NCBI RefSeq assembly: GCF_011745625.1
Contig: NW_027191491.1
Location: 62,001 to 126,000, forward strand
DNA length: 64,000 bases
Reading direction: 5' to 3'
Source: Cladosporium halotolerans
Taxonomy: Eukaryota
The translations under genes and the position numbers were made by a program. Positions 47,532 through 60,417 of this stretch are shown piece after piece (positions within the stretch are counted from its first letter, which is position 1; every line of letters starts with the position of its first letter). The notes under the pieces were generated by a model, which did no database searches, was not told the origin of the DNA, and saw only the letters and a list, made by a program, of their open reading frames with translations.

Positions 47532-48311
47532 CTTGGACGGATAGGATGATGGTGGCGGGGACTCAAGTATGAGAGGCAATCACGCGCACAATGCAGGGGA
47601 GGGTGTGATGATCTATGCGAAAGATACGAAAGACTGTAGAGTGATCTAATGAAAGGTATTGCAGAAGAGACTGTCTAATTATCCGCGAGTGAACAATTGC
47701 GGTGGTTGTCGCCATCGCGGTCGGCGGAGAAAGTTGCCCGCCTCGGCAATCGGCATCTAGTTTCAAACCCCGATCGTGGATAATCAGCGAGATGGCCATT
47801 CGCCTGTTGCCATCGCATTCACAATGTAAGTGAATCGTTCTACGCTCTTTTATGTGGCGCGAAAATGAATGAGTCTTAGACGCGTGGTTGCCGTCAATGT
47901 GGGATCTCACCTCGTCTGGATTTGTCTGGATCTTGGCAAGATAACATTCTTGCTGACGCGTATGCCTCTGCTTAATGTATGGCCAACTGGCAGGATTCCG
48001 AGATGAGAGCAGCTGTCAGCCTCGTCTGCGGCTAATTGGGCCTACTTGTCAGCTTTGCATTGATGCATTGAGTGTTTTCGTAAACGACAGTTCAATCAAG
48101 AGTCTGAGCAAGTCTTCTTCTTGACCTATTCCTCGCGGTTTAGCAATATCGTCTGGGCCAGAGGCTCCTGTCTAAGCTGCGTGTGCACTCCAGCGGCTCC
48201 TTCCATACAGACACTCGTCCTGGATTCCACCAGCAACCGAATCATTTGAAAGTTATTACAAGGCTTTTCCTCCATTCGCTCGAGTAGCTGCATCAAATTG
48301 CAACCGCCATC

Positions 48312-49067
48312 ATGATCTCCCTCGTCGCCTTCGACCTAGACGGCACCCTCGCCGAATCCAAGCAACCCCTCAAAGACTCCATGGGCACCGCGCTCGCCTC
48401 CCTCCTCAGCGTCGCCCACGTCGCCGTAATCTCCGGAGGCGACTGGCCGCAATTCCAAAAACAAGTCGCCAGCCGCCTCCCCGCCACCGCAGACCTCTCC
48501 AAGCTCTGGCTGATGCCCACAACCGGCACGAAACTCTACACCCACGACACCGCCGCCGGGCAGTGGAAACCCGTGTACGCCGAGCTCTTCACGCCCGAGC
48601 AGCGCGCGCACATCATCGCCGCCTTCGACGCCTCGCTGGCCGCGACCGGTTTCGTCCCCGAGCAGACGTGGGGCGAGCGCATCGAGGACCGCGGGAGCCA
48701 GATCACGTTCTCTGCGCTCGGCCAGCAGGCGCCTGTGCACGCGAAGGAGGTCTGGGATCCGGACTTTGCGAAGCGGAAGGTGATTCAGGCGGATTTGCGG
48801 ACGCGGTTGCCGGGGCTGTCGATCAATATGGGCGGCGCGACGTCGATTGATATCACGCGGGAGGGCGTTGATAAGGGGTATGGGTTGAAGAAGTTGAGTG
48901 CTGCGAGTGGCATTCCGCTGGAGCAGATGATGTTTATCGGCGATGCGATTTTTCCCGGCGGGAATGATTATCCTGCCAAGGAGATTGGGCTGGAGACAGT
49001 TTGTGTTAAGAACCCGGATGGCACGCTTGCTGCTATCGCGGGGATTGTTGCTTGCCTGAAGAAGTGA
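48312..49067 (+). CDS. HAD-IIB hydrolase, phosphomannomutase-like, bacterial-type; intronless
   Basis: FDLDGTL, ISGG, IEDRGSQITFSALGQ, GGATSIDIT, DKGYG, FIGDAIFPGGNDY. Confidence 0.9.
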   Translation: MISLVAFDLDGTLAESKQPLKDSMGTALASLLSVAHVAVISGGDWPQFQKQVASRLPATADLSKLWLMPTTGTKLYTHDTAAGQWKPVYAELFTPEQRAHIIAAFDASLAATGFVPEQTWGERIEDRGSQITFSALGQQAPVHAKEVWDPDFAKRKVIQADLRTRLPGLSINMGGATSIDITREGVDKGYGLKKLSAASGIPLEQMMFIGDAIFPGGNDYPAKEIGLETVCVKNPDGTLAAIAGIVACLKK

Positions 49068-49269
49068 AGTCAAGACGAACTGAGCGGATGATACGGCAGG
49101 AAGTGATCATTAATGTAATCAAGAATTTTCTTTCATTTTCTCTTACATTCATCAAGTTCCCCCAAATCCCCCAAATACGAACATACCTGCCACTCTCAAA
49201 ACAAACGCCGATCGCTATGCTTGAAATCCATGTACACATTTCAGCCCACCCTGCTCCGTCGATGCATAC

Positions 49270-52200
49270 TCATGACGGAGCTTCTCTTGGGAACTGATCT
49301 TCCAGCCTCAGCCTTGCGCTGACGTTCATACTCATCAGTTCCTGCACCAGCAGCTTAGCCGCATACGGCACCGTCATCTTGACCATGCCGCCACTGGCCT
49401 GGCAACTCTGGCACCAGCCCTGGTAGCCCATGAGACCGCACTTCTCGCAAACGTCGACCTCGTGAGCGTCAGAGCTCAGCATCAGACGCTCGAGCAACAG
49501 CTGCGATGCGCCGTAGGCAATGAGACAGTCACGCTCCATCTCTCCCAAACGCAGACCACCCTGCCTCGAACGACCTTCCGTCGGCTGGCGGGTGAGGATG
49601 GCGCGGGGTCCGGTCGAACGAGAGTGCATCTTGTCTTGGACCATGTGCTTGAGCGATTGGTAGTAGATAGGACCGAAGAAGACGTAGGCCTGCAGCGGCT
49701 CTCCTGTGATGCCTGAGGTGACGTAGTCTTTGCCGGTGTATGAGAATCCGTGCTTCAGCAGGAGTTCGCCCATGTCCTCGACTTTACTGCCGCCAAAGCA
49801 GGTGCCGTATTGCTGGACGCCGGAGAGGACGCCAGCCTTGCCGGACAGAAGCTCGATCATCTTTCCGACTGTCATACGCGAGGGAAAACCGTGAGGGTTC
49901 ATGATGATGTCAGGGCAGATGCCGAGGTCAGTGAAAGGCATGTCTGCTTGCTCAACAAGCGTGCCAACGACACCCTTCTGGCCGTGACGAGAAGAGAACT
50001 TGTCACCGATCTCGGGTCGTCGAGTTTGGCGCGTGAGGATTTTGACGAGAGTCTGGTTGCCTTCGTTTGTCGAGATCATGACTTTGTCAGCGTAGGCCGG
50101 ATCAGGCAGCTTGTAAGACATGTGCGCTTGTGACCATTTTTGCTGCGAAGCCGGGATCGACTGGAACTGGTTCTGCGGTGATTCCTTGAGCATGTAGCTG
50201 TCGCCAGCGTCGAGCTTCTCGCCAACCTCGACCAGACCGTCTTTGCCGATCTTTCTGTGTTTCGGGTTGTTGGGATCTTTGTCCGCCAGTCTGTCCGACG
50301 CACCGTTGCCGTAGGATTTCAGCGGCATGCTGACCTTCTTATAGACTTGCCGTCGCCCAAAGCCACGGTCACACGATGCTTTGTTCATGACTAGAGCATC
50401 CTCAATATCGTACCCCGAGTACGACATCACAGCGACAGTGGCATTCTGTCCAGCAGGCAACTTGTCGTACCTGATCAATTCGATGGTTCTGGTACTGCAC
50501 AGAGGTTTTTGCGGGTAGATCATGAGGTAGAGGATTGTGTCGATGCGGGTGTGTTGGTTGTAAGCGATGGCGCCAATGGCTTGTTTACCCATAGCGCATT
50601 GATAGGTGTTTCGAGGCGATTGGTTGTGGTGAGGGTAGGGGATCAGACCAGCAACAGCACCCAAGACTGTGAAGGGTTCAATTTCCAAGTGTGTTGTGTG
50701 CATATTGATCTGGTCTTCGTAGACGGCAATGTTGCAGTCGTTTTCTTCGTTGACATCGAGATACTCGACAATACCGCGCGAGAGAGCATCATCGAAATCC
50801 ATGGTTCCTTTGCGCAGTGATTCAAGGAAGCGAGCGGTAATTCTTGATTTGCCCTTCTCGACAATGATGAGAGGTCGGCAAACACGGCCTTCATCGGTGG
50901 CGATGTGGACGCCATTGTGGTGGTGGTTGATGTGGACACTAACGAATTCCGAGATTCTACCCATTCTCCTGAACCGACGGAAGCTGAGGAGGAACTGCTT
51001 CGGCGCCCTTGTCAATGCTACAGGCGTACCGTTGATAAAGATAATGTAGGCTCCCTCGCCATAGATCTCTTGACCGCATGTGCTGGTAACATCTTCTGCT
51101 CCGAGTGTGAAAACCATCTTACGGATGGGGTCTTCTTCATCAGAGGTAGTGATATGTGTCATCAAAGCCAGGTTCTTTACCAGACCGCAAGCTTCACCTT
51201 CTGGAGTATCAGATGTACAAAGCATACCAAATTGAGAAGGTTGCAAAGCACGGGGACCAGAGACCTTTCGCGTCTTCTCAAACTGGGACGAAATTCTTGT
51301 CATCATTCCAAGAGCAGCAACGTAAGACAGACGGCTGAGGACGTGAGTAACACCAGCACGCTCCATACGGAAACGCTTCAAGTTCCAGTTTCCGGTCGAG
51401 ATTGCACGCTCCATGCCACCGGTAATTCTGAACTCGAAAGCGCGAATGTGGTCGTTCGGATCGAATTCGCGTATAGGATTGGGCTTCTTCAGAGTCTTGT
51501 CCATGCTGAGCTTGAGATGCCTTGTGAACTCCTTGAACAGATCTTCGAATAGTAGCGAAAGCATTTGACCGGCCAATTCCAGACGCTTGTTACCGAGGTA
51601 ATCTCTGTCGTCGATGAGTTTCGGGTCGTGCATGACCTGAAGCACACGTCGCGCCATGAACGCGATATAGAGAGACTTTGCTCTGAAGTTGAGGTTCTTG
51701 ACTTCAACGTGCGGAATGATAGTCTGCGCGAGTTTGTCGAGAGCCTGCTGCTTGGGCGTCTTTTGGGGACCGCCGAACCGAGGGAACTTGTCTCCCTTGG
51801 TCTTGGAGTGGATGAATTCCAAAGCTTGTTCCTGGGTGTGCACACCGCAAAGTGCGGCATATTCCAGATTTGGCGCGAATTCGTCCTGATATTGAGAGTC
51901 CTGGCCAGCGCAGAGTAGGAGGATCTCATGATCCGACTGTACGCCCATGGCTCGGAGAGCAATGGCGACCGGGATGTCCTCGTTGAAAGAGTTGTGTTTG
52001 AGCATGAGCAAGTCAATCTTTTGCGGATTCTTCTTGCTGCAGACAACGTAGGTCTTTGTCTTAACGTTCGATGTGTGACTCGTCACAGACGCTTGGATCA
52101 CACCTTTGAACTCTTCGACGATGACACGGTTCTTGCTCAGCTGCTCCTGAACGAGGATGACCTTCTCAGTACCACGGACGATGAAGTAACCACCAGGGTC

Positions 52201-52959
52201 AACCGCACACTCGTTCAGCAAGCCCATGTCGGATTCCGATCGTCCATTCAGTACACATTTGCCACTTCGCAACATCATAGGCATTCTTCCAATCATGACG
52301 TCTCGGCGCATTGTCTTTCCCGTAGCTTTGGGATAAATGTAGTCGACGTAAATCGGTGCGGCGTATGTCATGTCTCGGAGTCGGCACTCGTTCGGGGTGA
52401 CGTTGCTGTCGCGATTTCCATGAATGTCGTCCTCGATGCGGTTCGGAAGGCCGACTCGAATATCGGTGAACTCAATGTACTTGCTCGGGTTTGCATCGCT
52501 GACCACCAAAGAGTTGGCTTGAACGATCTTCTTGAGCTCGACATTGGTGAAGTAGTCGAAAGAGTCAATATGCTGCTTTACCAGTCCTTTCACGCGCAGA
52601 AAGGCGGGCAGAAGATTCCATTTGTCGCGAGCAGTGTTAATCGGATCGGTCATTGATTTGTTGTAGTAGAAGGGCTTGAGCACTGAGTCCATCTCATCCG
52701 CCACCCGCTTCTTGGTGGGGATCTTCGTCTGCTGAGCATGGTGCCTGCCACTTGATGGCTTTTGCCCTGCATCAGCCTGGCCGGTAGATTTTGTTCTTGG
52801 CTTTGACGGCGCAGCTTGCTTCGTGATAGCCGCCGTCGAGGCATCCTATGCAGAAGTGAGCGAATGTCAGGATAAGATTTTTGTTCTGTGGCGCGTTACC
52901 TGTGAGGCTGAGTTTTCCGGCACCTCTGTAGGCCCGGTCTTCTTTGCCCGAGGCGGCAT
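49270..52959 (-). CDS. RPC2: RNA polymerase III second-largest subunit (exons 52959-52900, 52845-49270)
   Basis: [23 protein letters not shown] (Pol III-specific), [20 protein letters not shown]; upstream exon MPPRAKK joined via intron 52846-52899. Confidence 0.96.
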
Positions 52960-55264
52960 ATTGAAAAGTCAGGCGAGCCTGAGTTTGCAAACTTTGGAAC
53001 CGAGCGACGCGTTATAGACCTATCACCAATCCATGGATACCTTCACTTCAGATGGCTGGTCTTGAAAGTCGCGAAGAAAGCTTGATCGGCATTTCTGAGA
53101 AGCGCGCTCCGTTCCCGTGCTTCCCGACTGCCGAGATGCCTCAGGCTTCCCAGATCCATACCATTATTGAGATGCCTCCACGCACAGTCGCATGGGTTTG
53201 ATGTACACACTTTTCCACGCAAGAGAAATGCGATCGTGAATTATGTTCTCTGTAGAGCATGCTACAAGAAAGCAAATTGCGCTTAAATCTTTTTCTTTCG
53301 CTGCGCTTGAAAAACTTTTCGAGTGCCCATTATCTTGGAGACTCTTTGGAATTATTGAGCGAACCATCCAGGACGCAGATTTCACCACACACGACTGGAA
53401 TGAATTCATGCATTGTTTCGAGCGCATGCTGGAAGTCTCGAGGAGAATCAATCTCGTTCCATCTCAAAGCCTTGCTTCGCGTGAAGAACGCCGAGACTAT
53501 GGTCCCCTTTCCAATACCACGGAGTTGATTCGTCAATAACCTCAGAAGAAAATCACTAATTGGTAGCTTAAGTCTCGTGGAGACTCGCAAACCACGGTTG
53601 ATGTTGGCAAGTGGTAAATGTCATCTTCATCCGTCCCCTAGCAAGGTCGTTTGGTTTCAGACGACTTTAGCACGCTTCGGACGTGCTGTAGCTACGCCAT
53701 GCATGAACTGTTGGCCCGAGGATCTGGCAAAACGCAAGGCCGCATTCGCAATCCGTAACTTACACAGACGCACGCACGCTTCCGGCTTCGCGCAGGCAGC
53801 CATGATGCGTCTCTAGGATGCCGCCAGCCACCAATCTTTAGAGATTCCAACTGCGAGCTTTTCCCGCGTGGAGTAGCGCCCACGACAGACCCCACTCCAT
53901 GCGTCGCTATAGAGCGAACTAGCGCCTTAGCAGAAAGCAAGAAGGAGCGGTGAAGCTTCTGGAGAACTCACCGTGTTATTAGCTTTTAACGTAACGCCGA
54001 TGCAGACGCGAAGGACTGCTGCCCCGGGAATCCTCGCGCACAGAAGGCTGCAGGCCAGGCAAGCGCACAGCTTTAGCCGCAGGCCCTTGGGCGTGTTATA
54101 AGACGCAGCGTGATCGCCCTGCAGGTTCCGCTAGAAGGACGTTGGTGGCCGGTGTTCCGACTGTGTAAGCGACGCGCAGATGGCGATCTCTTAATTGCGA
54201 TGCAGGCCACGGCTGGACTCCGACCCCGCGACCATCAGACGGTGTGAAGAGGGGCAGAGATGAGTCAAAGTCCCATCGTTGGGCTGCTCTGCCAGAGCTC
54301 CAGCCATCTCGATTGAGATTGGATCCAGACGGCTCTGCTGGAACCAGCAGAGACCCCTCGGCACGTCATGGGGCGCTAGACTCGTGCAGGCCGCAGGGAT
54401 GCGCGGCCAGGCCGTCGTCCTTGTATCTGATCTATTACTCGGGGACAGCGATATCGAGTCAGGCAAGCGAAGAGGGCGTCGCTCGCCCGTCCTGTCCATG
54501 TGGCCGACGAGGGCGCGGGAATTGCGTGGGCGACGAGCAGGGCCGGCCTGGATTGCAGGCGGGCAAATAGGCGCAACGGCTGATTGCCGCAAGGGCAGAC
54601 TTTGTGACCCTTGAAGGGTGAAACCGCCTGGCGGTACGGGACATGCAGGGAAACTCCACGCAAGTCAACCCGGCCGGCTTATCCACCGAATTGCGGACAG
54701 CGGACTGGTGGGCGTCTGGCCGTGGGAGCCAACAGCGTGGCCGGTAAGTCCAGGCGCTAAAGCGCTCTGTCGTAGCATCGCCATCGTTGGCCGTAGCGTG
54801 GGTGCGTGGGTAGCATTCGCGAGCGAGGCAGTCCGCGAGCTCGTGCCCGCGGCAGCCAGTCCACCGACTGAGTCCACCAGGCCAGTCCACCTCTCTCCAG
54901 CAGCTCCAGCCAAGCCTGAGCCTTCGCCCGTGAGCGCAACCGACGTCGTGCCCTCTGCTCCGCCGCCGTGGAGAGCACCCCCCGCCGCACTTCCTTCGTC
55001 TTTTCGCCTCGTCCTGTTGCTCGCAGCAGACACCACTGTCCTTATTGTACCCTCGCTCCGCCTGCACCGTCTCGCGCCCGCCGTGCTGTCGGAATCGCGC
55101 CATTGGCTCGCGGCCGGGCTTTCTGAAGGAGGAACCACCTCGCCGCAAGGGTATGCCTCCAGCAGCGCTCGCCCACGGCCACCTGCGCGACGCTGGCCGG
55201 ACACCTGCACGCGTGCTCTGCGGCTGACTTGAAAATCCAGGCCGAAGCTCGCCTCGCCGCCGAC

Positions 55265-58200
55265 ATGGCCTTCTCCTCCTATCGCGGCCCGCAGTCGCCG
55301 CAAGACAACGTTGCGTTCCCCGGCTTCTCGAACAACCCTCTGTCTCCGCCCAGGAACAGCAACAGCAACCGCCTCAGCGCCGGCATCCTCAGCCCGAACA
55401 CCACCAACACGTCTAACAACGAGACAAGAGCCGGCCTGACGCGCAGGTTTACGACGAACGCGCTCCCTACGCTTTCGCCCATAGGACAACAGCGCCGCAT
55501 GGCCGCTGGGGATACGATGCAGGTGAGTGCTTGATGTCTTGGCTGGAAAAACGAGGAATAGAGCTTTGCAAGAGAAAGAGATAGCACTTTGTTGCTAGAG
55601 AACACTCCAAGGGCGCCACATTGAGAAATACCTGTCGCCTCTCCGGAGAAATGCTCCGGTCTGGCAGATCTTGGGACATCTGAGCCAGATCTTCACAAAA
55701 TAGAAGAGCTGCTAAGCTTGTCCCTTGAGAGACTGGAAGAGGAAGCACTATGTGATTGGCGGGGTTGCAATGGGAGTCAAAGCGAAAATATCCTTCAAGA
55801 GTCGAGGAATAATCGAATGACTGCTGACGATTTGCGAGCAGAATGGCGCCTTTTCCAAAATCTCTCCAGTAAGTCCGTCGAACAGAAGGCTCAGTGTGCA
55901 CTCCGCAGGCTCCAATCTTTTGATGAGCACGGCCTTCGCGCACTGCCAACTCATAGTCGTATACTGACAGCGCTATCAGTCGGAGCAGAAATACCGTCAT
56001 TACGAACAGCTTTTAGCCGAGCAAAGAAGAATCCAAGCATTCATCGCTGAGGTCGACCCGGAAACCCGCCGTGAGGTCGACGATCACAGACGCCACGAGG
56101 ACGCGGTGGCACAAATGATCGCACAGAGCGAGCCAACCACCCCTCCGGAATACGCGGACGCCTTTCCTTCGATCTTTTCCAAACCGAACCGCTACAGTTC
56201 CGCGAGCTTGACATCGCCTCCTGGTATCGTGAACAGGCCTTCTCGCGCTACGAGCCAGCTTACTTCGCCGCCCTTCCAATACACGCGGCCTTTCACGTCT
56301 TCGTCCAACCTCCCATCGCAGTCTGTTCCGGGCTCTCGTCGACAGTCTGATGACGAAGAGGAGGCTGATGACTTTCTCTACAACTTCGACTCAAGCCTGC
56401 ACCGCGCAGCCGCCAAGTAAGTTGTTTCTCTTACACTTCACTTCAGCCAGCGTTCAGGATTCGATGAAGTTCACACCGGGCACCTCACTGCCGTGACAAC
56501 TGACGGTTTCACGTGCAATTGAATGTTCTATTGTGCCGATTGATGTGCAGAACATGTGAGATCGACAATAGTAGCCACTGCCACATGATCGTCGGCCGCC
56601 TTCATGGGGGCTATTGATGATCATGTGCTGTCACGGCAAGGCAGCAGCGTGCTTTAAGAAGTCAAGCTAACCCAGCCTCAGTCCTAACCGCAACTCTATG
56701 CCGGTAATGAGCCACGACCGCAGGAGATCAAACGTCCCCGATCTTTCAAGCGTTCTTGGCCCAGTCAACACCACAAGCTTCCTCTTCGACGACGAAGATA
56801 GACCAGCAAGACCAATCTCGAAGAGCACCCAAGTTTCCCCGGCTGACGGCAGGTCTTACTTGCAAGTTCAACACACAGCGGACGGTTTCCCTAAGCTCAT
56901 TCGACGGGAAGAGAACGGCTCTGGCTCATTTATGAACCCTGCGGCCGCCCTTGATCTTGCATCAGGCCACCCCAACAGTGAGCAGCAGCCAACCGACCGC
57001 GGTACGGCTACCCGTCACCGCATCTCTCTTCCGCCATCGGCCTTCCGCAACAACGACGCCAACATCGCCGGCATTGGCAGCGTCCTAGCCAATCAAGAGA
57101 AGCCAGCTGCGAACAATCGGCGCTCAGTTGAGTTCAACTTGGCCACGGAGACCAAACGACCCTCTCTCATTGCTTCACCGCCTCGCGGTGTTACAAACGG
57201 CAGCAACGTGAGCTCGTACTCTACCAACGACATTCCAACTCTGAAGAGCATCAACGGCACGGGAGTGACTTCTCCTTTGAAGAGCGCCATCAAGCCTGCT
57301 CACCCCAGCACTCCATCCACTTCCGTCATCCACGAGAACGAAGTTCCGACTAGCAACGGACACTCCAACGGCGTGTCACACGAGGTCAAGACTACCGAGA
57401 CCTCACAGAAGGACGTCACTAGCCCTGCGAACGCGACAGTGCCTGCTGATCACTCTACCAACGGCAACGAAGCTCAGCCCAGCTTCCACGCTAGCGCTCA
57501 GCCTTTCAACCCGAGCTTCGCTAACGAACAATTTCCACACGCCTTCGGTCCACTCATGGCTCCCCCGCCCTTCCCACCGAACTTCTACGGTGCTAGCCCT
57601 TATGGCATGCCTCCGGGGATGCCGGGCATGCAAGGCCTCGCCAACGGCTTCGGGAACATGAACATCAACGGCGGCTTCCCTGGTCAGCCTCAGTTCCCAC
57701 CTTTCCAGCAGCCGCAGTACGGTGCTTTCCCCCAACCTTATGGTCAGGGCCACGCTGTTAGTGGGGCCGCACGCGGTCCCAATTCCCACTTCAGTGGCAG
57801 TGGGCCGCAGCGTAGGCAAGGCAACGAAGACAATCTGGCTAAGTTCAACAACCTCAGCCTGGACGAGCTGAAGCCAGAGATCCTCACCCTTTGCACCGAC
57901 CAGCATGGCTGCCGCTTCCTTCAGCGGAAGCTTGATGAGCGTGACGAAGAGACCGTCAGAATGATCTTCGAAGAAGTGCACCCGAGCATCGTCAAACTGA
58001 TGACCGATCCTTTTGGCAACTATCTGTGCCAAAAGCTGCTTGAAAACTGCAATGACGAGCAGCGCACTGTGCTCATTGGTAACTGCATGAGCAGCATGAC
58101 TCAGATCGCGCTCAATCAGCACGGTACTCGCGCCCTCCAAAAGATGATCGAATACGTGTCCACTCCTCAGCAAACCCAAATGATCATCGACGCTATGCGC

Positions 58201-59238
58201 TATGATGTCGTCCAGTTGATTCAGGACCTCAACGGAAACCATGTCATTCAAAAGTGCCTCAATCATTTGAGCTCGGCTGATGCTCAGTTCATCTTTGACG
58301 CTGTGGGCGTCCACTGTGTCCCTGTTGGCACCCACCGTCACGGCTGCTGCGTCTTGCAGCGTTGCGTTGACCACGCGTCCGGCGCGCAGAAGACCGAACT
58401 CGTTCGCCAGATCAGCGACCACGCTTTCCACCTCGTACAGGATCCCTTCGGCAACTATGTTGTGCAGTACATTCTCGACCTCAATGATCAGAGGTTTATC
58501 GAGCCTCTGTGCAAGCACTTTAAGGGCATCGTTGTCCAGCTGTCCAAGCAGAAGTTCAGCTCGAACGTGATCGAGAAGTGCATTCGCGTTGCTGGCGACG
58601 AGTCTCGTCGGGCGTTGATTCAGGAGATCACTCCTGCACAGGAGCTCGAGAAGCTGCTCCGCGATTCCTTTGCCAATTACGTGGTCCAGACCGCCTTCGA
58701 CTACGCCGACGATGACCAGAAAGCTGTCCTTGCCGCCAACCTGCGTCCGATCTTGCCGACCATTCGCCACACTCCTTACGGTCGCCGCCTGCAATCGAAG
58801 ATCCAGGAGTTTGACGGCCGCCTGTCTGGCTTCACTTCGGGTATTGTCACGCCTGATGAGAACAGCGCCAATCAGCAGCCCTTTGCTTCGCCTTTCGGCA
58901 ACATGCAGAACGCGCGCGGCACCCGTCAAGGCTTTGTCGGCCCCACGCCTCAGGCCTTTGGGCAGCGCGGCCAGACCAACCAGGGAAGTAACACCGACAT
59001 CGCCTCCCCCAAGCCGCAGCGTATGAGCGGCAACCTTGGTGACAAGCTCGACGCTCAGAGCGCCAGCGTCCTTAACGCCCAGACCGCTGCCGTCCTCAAC
59101 GGCAACGTCCCAGAAGGCTTTCAGTACCCGGTCGCTTTCGATCCCATGCATGGTAAGGGCTTCCGTGCCAAGCTCAATACCGAGGCAGCAAAGACCGGAC
59201 GCGTCAATGGACACGACAACCCTTACCGCTTCTACTAA
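55265..59238 (+). CDS. Pumilio-family RNA-binding protein, Puf4/Puf5(Mpt5)-type (exons 55265-55522, 55842-55868, 55980-56416, 56682-59238)
   Basis: Eight PUF repeats (CTDQHGCRFLQ, DPFGNYLCQ, NQHGTRALQ, NGNHVIQ, HRHGCCVLQ, FGNYVVQ, KFSSNVIE, SFANYVVQ); N-terminal LTRRFTTNALP and QSEPTTPPEY motifs; all junctions keep frame. Confidence 0.88.
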
Positions 59239-60417
59239 GCGCACTCAAACTGCGCCATCTCGCTCAATTGTAACAGTACAACGCTCTCCACGGAGATCAT
59301 GAGCTACGACCAAAAATTTACGGCCATCAACGACTACGCGCGATATGAAAGCGCACAACATCAGCATTTGCACCCGGCGTACCAAATGGGCTCGTCCCCA
59401 ACATCCTCAACCTTTCACGCTCATTAGGGCTCAAGAGGTCAGGCCTGTACCACCATTCAGCATGCATCCATCCCCGGCGCAAAATCCTCTGCAGTATGCA
59501 CTGGCAGGGCGGCAGTCTTGTACAAGATTGCTAACGACATGCGACTTTTCTCTTTCCTGTTCACTCTTGGCGTTCACGTTCCGTTCAGCACAGCAGTTAA
59601 CACCTTCCCGACACTGTTCCTTCCTTGGATCGTCCCGCACCCGATTGCTTTCACTTCGCAGTATGAATTATCAAGAGCAAGCATATCCTACAAGGCAGCA
59701 TACTTCTGGCGCGAGCCACCCATCTTCGTCTCGAGGATTCCAAATACGATCTCGCAAGCCGCCTATCACGCTGAAGCATCGCTCGAGTGACGACGATCTG
59801 TCAGAGAAGCATCAGCGGAAATGGCAAGGCAACACAAAAGCCAAGTCACGCGGTGCGCTCTCGCCTACCGCACGGCCTCTTTGGAGACAAGAGACCCTGC
59901 TTTAACCTCAAATCACCACCCTCATTTTGGACACGAAACGACAAAAACGAGTTGATGAATTTTTGGAAACTTGGCCTGGATTTCTTACCCCCTTGAAACA
60001 CCTCTCGCCAATCTCATTCCTGTACCGTTGCGGTTCAAGGCGGCTGGCGCTTGATGTCCCGCATCAGCATCTCCGGAAGTCTGGTCTTTACGTGAAGGCC
60101 TGTGACCATATCGGATGGGCGATTGGCGGGGAGGGGCTTTTCATTTGGAAATTGTGCTTTTGATTCTCTTTTGTGTTGTAAGATAACGAAATAAAAGGCT
60201 TCGCCACCAAACCCTGTGCTGTTCCTTAATACTCTCAAGTGCTCGCGAAAAAAAGCTTCATCGTGTGGCTTGAACATCACATGCGTCCGCGATTTTCGAG
60301 ACTCTTTTGCCCATTCTCGAGAGCTTTGTAGCAGGGCGTTGAAATCTCTCCTACCACAAGCTATACCAAACCTCATTCATCCAGGCCAGTTCCCATTCCA
60401 GCCCCGACGGCGGCACT

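Noticed and set aside
53243..53539. 98-aa ORF in an AT-richer stretch upstream of RPC2
   Set aside because: No recognisable motif, splice pattern or TE hallmark; cannot support it as a gene or relic.
54618..55232. 204-aa ORF upstream of the Pumilio ATG
   Set aside because: Non-ATG start and pyrimidine-rich 5' leader composition.
57403..59244. 613-aa antisense ORF (likewise 9423-10445 and 28222-29121)
   Set aside because: Shadow ORFs opposite codon-biased genes.
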